From Octopus vulgaris (Eukaryota), in contig OX597815.1 of the NCBI GenBank assembly GCA_951406725.2, positions 176,204,001-176,268,000 on the forward strand: DNA of 64,000 nt, read 5' to 3'. Below, piece after piece: positions 62,881-64,000 of this stretch. The translations under genes and the position numbers were made by a program. Each line of letters starts with the position of its first letter. Position 1 is the first letter of the stretch. The notes under the pieces were generated by a model. The model was not told the origin of the DNA. It searched no databases and saw nothing but the letters and a program-made list of their open reading frames with translations.

Positions 62881-62944
62881 CTTTTGTTATATTTATTTTA
62901 CATGAAGTATTACAATGTTACGTTCTTTGATTATCTCTCTTGGT

Positions 62945-63320
62945 TCCCTCCACTGTTAGGGCTTAGGGTGTGACACTTCTTCACACAGCTGTACTCATAC
63001 ATACACAACACATGACCATACCAGCATAGTCATCTCTCTTTCACACCACATCTGATGCTGTTGTGTATGCACACTGACATCCAGCAGAGAATACTAGCTT
63101 CATTTCTTGCAAGCTTATGCATGTCCTCAGCAGTCACAGCCTATGTTTCACTGACATGTAGCATGGCTGTTCGGACACATGCATCATACAGTCTACCTTT
63201 CACTCTGAGCAAGAGGACCTTTGTTACCAGCAGTGGTAGGAGCTCTCTGACCTTTGGCCAGGCTATTCTTATCCTAGCAGCTATGCTCTCAGAACATCCA
63301 CCATTGCTACTGACTTCATT
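62945..63320 (-). mobile_element. Decayed RTE-clade ORF2 fragment
   Basis: GGCSESIAARIRIAW...LRVKGRLYDACVRTAMLHVSET matches the RTE post-RT motif K.RLY..CV...LLYGSETW. Confidence 0.85.
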
Positions 63321-64000
63321 TGCTGTGCACAGAAAGTGATTTAAAATATTTGCTTTGTTTCTTTTGTTGCTTTGTATATCTTTCAAATGTAGCTTCAGTA
63401 TTATAGCTCAAAATAGTTATTCAGTCAACTATTTCCACAAAATGGCTCTTCTATTATTGGTTTCAAATTGAAATCATTAGGCCAAAGAACATTCTTACAA
63501 GCAGGTGAGGACTCTTCTCTGAAATCATTTCTAACTTTACTTTTGCAGATTTTTGGTAATCCATGAAACTGACTTGTTTTGCATTTTAAGATTGGTTATA
63601 GAGTTGCATTCTTCATTTGTTAAGCCATTTAAGATGGAATTGACTTGGAAGTTGATTTTCTGCATCATTTTTTGCTGATTATAGTTTTTAACATTTTAAA
63701 AACTAAAGCTAGCCTGAAGCATAGATATGCGAGATTTTATAGTAATATATCTCCATTCTATCAACAGTACTTCCTTTATCAGCTTTGGTTATAAGTTTTT
63801 TATTGATTTTCAATGCATTACAATTTTCTCATTCTGTTGTACTGATGAAATTAGAATATGTTCTATATTTTGCTAAAAACTCATATGGAAAATAAGTTAT
63901 ATAATCTCAAAAATAATCAAATAATCTCTATTCCTACCTTTTGGTGGATGGTATCTACTTTTCTTTCTAACGCTAGCTTCATTATCTTTGCTTTATCTAG

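Noticed and set aside
55670-63600. Candidate coding exons bounded by AG/GT (e.g. 57265-57330, 59100-59175, 61906-62020)
   Set aside because: Short, often stop-containing, and without recognisable protein similarity.

Overview
AT-rich eukaryotic DNA dominated by repeats, most likely a cephalopod (octopus-like) genome. That assignment is inferred from the tRNA-derived SINE families and the extreme (TA)n/(CA)n density. I found no supportable host protein-coding exon; almost all long ORFs in the track are stop-free microsatellite artefacts. The main structure (about 4-21.5 kb) is a set of compound TA-rich arrays holding four copies of two related CR1-group LINEs in alternating orientation. Every visible end of these copies is fused directly to TA repeats. 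One copy has an intact 998-codon APE+RT ORF2 preceded by an ORF1 remnant with a CCCH zinc finger. The LINE 3' end (GGYGGTGCYCCAGCATGGCC, then a short covarying hairpin, then RAAAC) is shared by two SINE families in the window. A third SINE family appears to carry the 3' end of an L1/Tx1-like element that is also present. The remainder consists of decayed RLE-type, RTE, L1/Tx1 and Penelope retroelements, non-autonomous Helitrons, hAT and mariner MITEs, a SINE-derived minisatellite, several hairpins, and a CpG-poor last ~9 kb that may be a methylated gene body.
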